From an uncultured Pirellulales bacterium (lineage in GTDB: Bacteria > Planctomycetota > Phycisphaerae > Sedimentisphaerales > Anaerohalosphaeraceae): a DNA stretch of 64,000 nucleotides. The first letter of the stretch is position 1. Every line of letters begins with the position of its first letter. Location of the stretch: assembly GCA_964386005.1 (NCBI GenBank), contig CAYLSB010000015.1, positions 2,986-66,985 of the forward strand. Reading direction: 5' to 3'. Under the pieces are notes generated by a model. That model did not search any database and was not told where the DNA came from. It saw only the letters and a list, made by a program, of their open reading frames with translations. Position numbers and translations under genes: made by a program. Shown one piece after another: positions 62,082-64,000 of the stretch.

Positions 62082-63500
62082 ATGAAGAAGCGAATAATTC
62101 ACCGAAGAGATTTTCTGAGGATCGTGGCGGTTTCGACCGCATCCGCTTTGTTTCCTTCCGGCTGCAGGAGCGGCGAATTTTCGAGCCATCCACGGAAGAA
62201 TCCGAACATTGTCATCATTTTCCTCGATGATTCGGGATGGTCGGATTTTGAACCCTTCGGCAGGCATCTCTATAAAACGCCGAATGTGGAACGGTTGGCC
62301 GGAGAGGGATGCAGGTTCACGAATTTTTATGTGCCGCAGGCGATCTGTTCGGCATCCCGGGCGGCGCTGTTGAGCGGGTGCTATCCCTGCAGGACCAGGG
62401 TGTTCGGGGCTCATGGACCCGGTGGGGCCGGGCTGGATCCGAAGTTTGCGATTATGTCGGAGGTCTTTCGTGCCAACGAGTATAAAACGGCGATCTTTGG
62501 AAAATGGCATATTGGCGACCAGGATGGCAGGCGGCCGTGGGACAGGGGTTTTGAGGAATCGTGCGGATTACTCTATTCCAATGATATGTGGGAGCATCAT
62601 CCCGAGAATCCCAAGTACTGGGGAAAGTATCCTCTTCAATATTTTCAAAACGGCCAGGTGACAATCGAGCGGGTAACCCAGGACGATCAGACGATGCTGA
62701 CGACGTGGTACACTGAAAAGGCGGTCGATTTTATTCGCCGGAATAAAAACCGGCCGTTCTTTCTGTATGTTCCCCATTCCATGCCGCATGTTCCGTTGTT
62801 TGTCAGCGGGAAATTTGCGGGCAAATCCGGTGCGGGTCTTTATGGCGATGTGATGATGGAACTGGACTGGTCGGTCGGACAAATCATGAAGGCGCTTTCG
62901 GACAGCGGGATCGAGGAGGACACCCTCGTGATCTTCTCCAGCGATAACGGGCCGTGGACTTCGTATGGGAACCATGCCGGCCAAACTCCCTTCCGCGAAG
63001 CCAAAGGAACCGGTTTTGACGGCGGGATCCGGAGCGCCTGTATCATCAAGTATCCGAGGAGGATTCGTCCCGGTACGGTGAGCGATCGAATGTTCTGCTC
63101 GGTCGATCTTTTGCCGACCCTGGCGGAATTGACGGGATCAAGACTGCCTGAAAATGAAATCGATGGCAGAAACGTGTGGGGGCTTGTCAGCGGTGAACGG
63201 GGAGCGAAAAATCCGCACGAATATTATCCCTTTTCCACGGGAAACGTTTTTGAAGGAGTGATTTCCGGAGACGGCCGGTGGAAGCTCCATCTTCCGCACA
63301 GCTATCGTACCCTGGTAGAGCCGGCTAATGATGGAATGGCGGGTAAGTACAAACAGGAAAAGATCGGATTGTCGCTTTTCGATATGACGAATGATCCGTA
63401 TGAGACGGCGGATGTCAAAGAGGAATATGCGGAGATTGCTGCGAGATTACGCGATGATGCGGATCGGCATAAGAAAATGTTTTACTCGGAGCAACGGTGA
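62082..63500 (+). CDS. Arylsulfatase-family sulfatase with a Tat-type signal
   Basis: Trimmed to MKKRIIHRRDFLRIVAVSTASALF. It has NIVIIFLDDSGWSDF and the formylglycine motif CSASRAALLSG (C-x-A-x-R). Confidence 0.9.
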   Translation: MKKRIIHRRDFLRIVAVSTASALFPSGCRSGEFSSHPRKNPNIVIIFLDDSGWSDFEPFGRHLYKTPNVERLAGEGCRFTNFYVPQAICSASRAALLSGCYPCRTRVFGAHGPGGAGLDPKFAIMSEVFRANEYKTAIFGKWHIGDQDGRRPWDRGFEESCGLLYSNDMWEHHPENPKYWGKYPLQYFQNGQVTIERVTQDDQTMLTTWYTEKAVDFIRRNKNRPFFLYVPHSMPHVPLFVSGKFAGKSGAGLYGDVMMELDWSVGQIMKALSDSGIEEDTLVIFSSDNGPWTSYGNHAGQTPFREAKGTGFDGGIRSACIIKYPRRIRPGTVSDRMFCSVDLLPTLAELTGSRLPENEIDGRNVWGLVSGERGAKNPHEYYPFSTGNVFEGVISGDGRWKLHLPHSYRTLVEPANDGMAGKYKQEKIGLSLFDMTNDPYETADVKEEYAEIAARLRDDADRHKKMFYSEQR

Positions 63501-63799
63501 GAGGCCTTCCTGAGCGGGGATATTCTATGGAATACCTTGGGTGGGCCGCCTGTGTCATCGCTTTTGAAGGGCGGACGTATCCATATCCTGTCTTTTATTG
63601 TCTGTTTTATCATGTTCGATTGGTCGGCGAATCGGATTATCCCGCGAACACGACGGGCACGGCCGTCGTTATACAGGAATCAATGTGAGGTAATGAAATT
63701 TTCAGGGCGGGCGCGGCTTCGGGCAATGAACGTGCAAACCGCAGAGCGATGGCGAAATATAAATATCGCAGGAACAAATCTTCGGGCCGGAGATGCCCC

Positions 63800-64000
63800 A
63801 TGAACCAAAAGGAAATTGTGCAATTTATTACAGAAAACCCGGTCTTCTTTTTGGGGACCTGTCATAACCGAATACCTCATGTGCGTGCGATGCGGATATT
63901 ACGAGTCGATGAACACGGAATTTTCTTTTCCACCTCACGGCAGAAAGGATTGTTTCGCCAGTTGATCGCCAATCCGCTTGTTGAATTGTGTTTCTACAGT
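63800..64000 (+). CDS. Pyridoxamine 5'-phosphate oxidase-like FMN-binding protein, N-terminal part (runs off the right edge)
   Basis: My translation from ATG 63800 gives MNQKEIVQFITENPVFFLGTCHNRIPHVRAMRILRVDEHGIFFSTSRQKGLFRQLIANPLVELCFYS. This is a typical PNPOx-like split-barrel N-terminus. Confidence 0.55.
   Translation, partial: MNQKEIVQFITENPVFFLGTCHNRIPHVRAMRILRVDEHGIFFSTSRQKGLFRQLIANPLVELCFYS

Noticed and set aside
63497-63803. Small plus-strand ORFs (63 aa and 88 aa) after the sulfatase gene
   Set aside because: They have no RBS and no recognisable motif, and they overlap each other in different frames. This is probably non-coding spacer before the PNPOx-like gene.

Overview
This is a chromosomal window of about 60 genes at roughly 52-62% G+C. 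The gene content suggests a PVC-superphylum bacterium, probably an anaerobic Planctomycetota/Phycisphaerae-like organism. The cues are three PEP-CTERM proteins, an H-X9-DG prepilin-like protein, a Tat-signal sulfatase, dockerin-like C-terminal tags and clostridial-type EtfAB. Taxonomy is inference only. Recognisable housekeeping genes are trxA, crcB, scpA, trpS, acs, etfBA plus an acyl-CoA dehydrogenase, dnaG-rpoD, comF, murJ, a 2x[4Fe-4S] ferredoxin, tRNA-Glu(UUC), gdhA with a divergent LysR regulator, a family-4 UDG, chrA and a sulfatase.

Main observations:
1. A clear cobalamin riboswitch (about 37.14-37.36 kb) with its own intrinsic terminator heads a tightly coupled operon. The operon encodes a DUF4465-like PEP-CTERM protein, a secreted dockerin-tagged protein and a pseudopilin-like H-X9-DG protein. 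No BtuB or BtuFCD is present, so this is a candidate unconventional B12-capture module.
2. An AT-rich two-gene cassette (12985-15115) encodes an ABC/AAA ATPase and a small Toprim/DUF4276-like protein. It splits a co-directional acetyl-CoA gene array and is a candidate OLD/PARIS/AbiL-like defence system.
3. An acetate/acetyl-CoA and lysine-acetylation neighbourhood contains Acs with an intact acetylation motif, an AcuC-type deacetylase, a CoA-transferase::Pat-type GNAT fusion and an ADP-forming Acd.
4. Several degenerate paralogues are present: a hybrid histidine kinase without the phospho-acceptor His, a UvrC N-half without the GIY-YIG tyrosines, and a KaiC-like domain without a P-loop fused to a PEP-binding domain.

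I found no CRISPR array, rRNA, transposase or integrase. All family assignments come from motif recognition by eye, not from searches.
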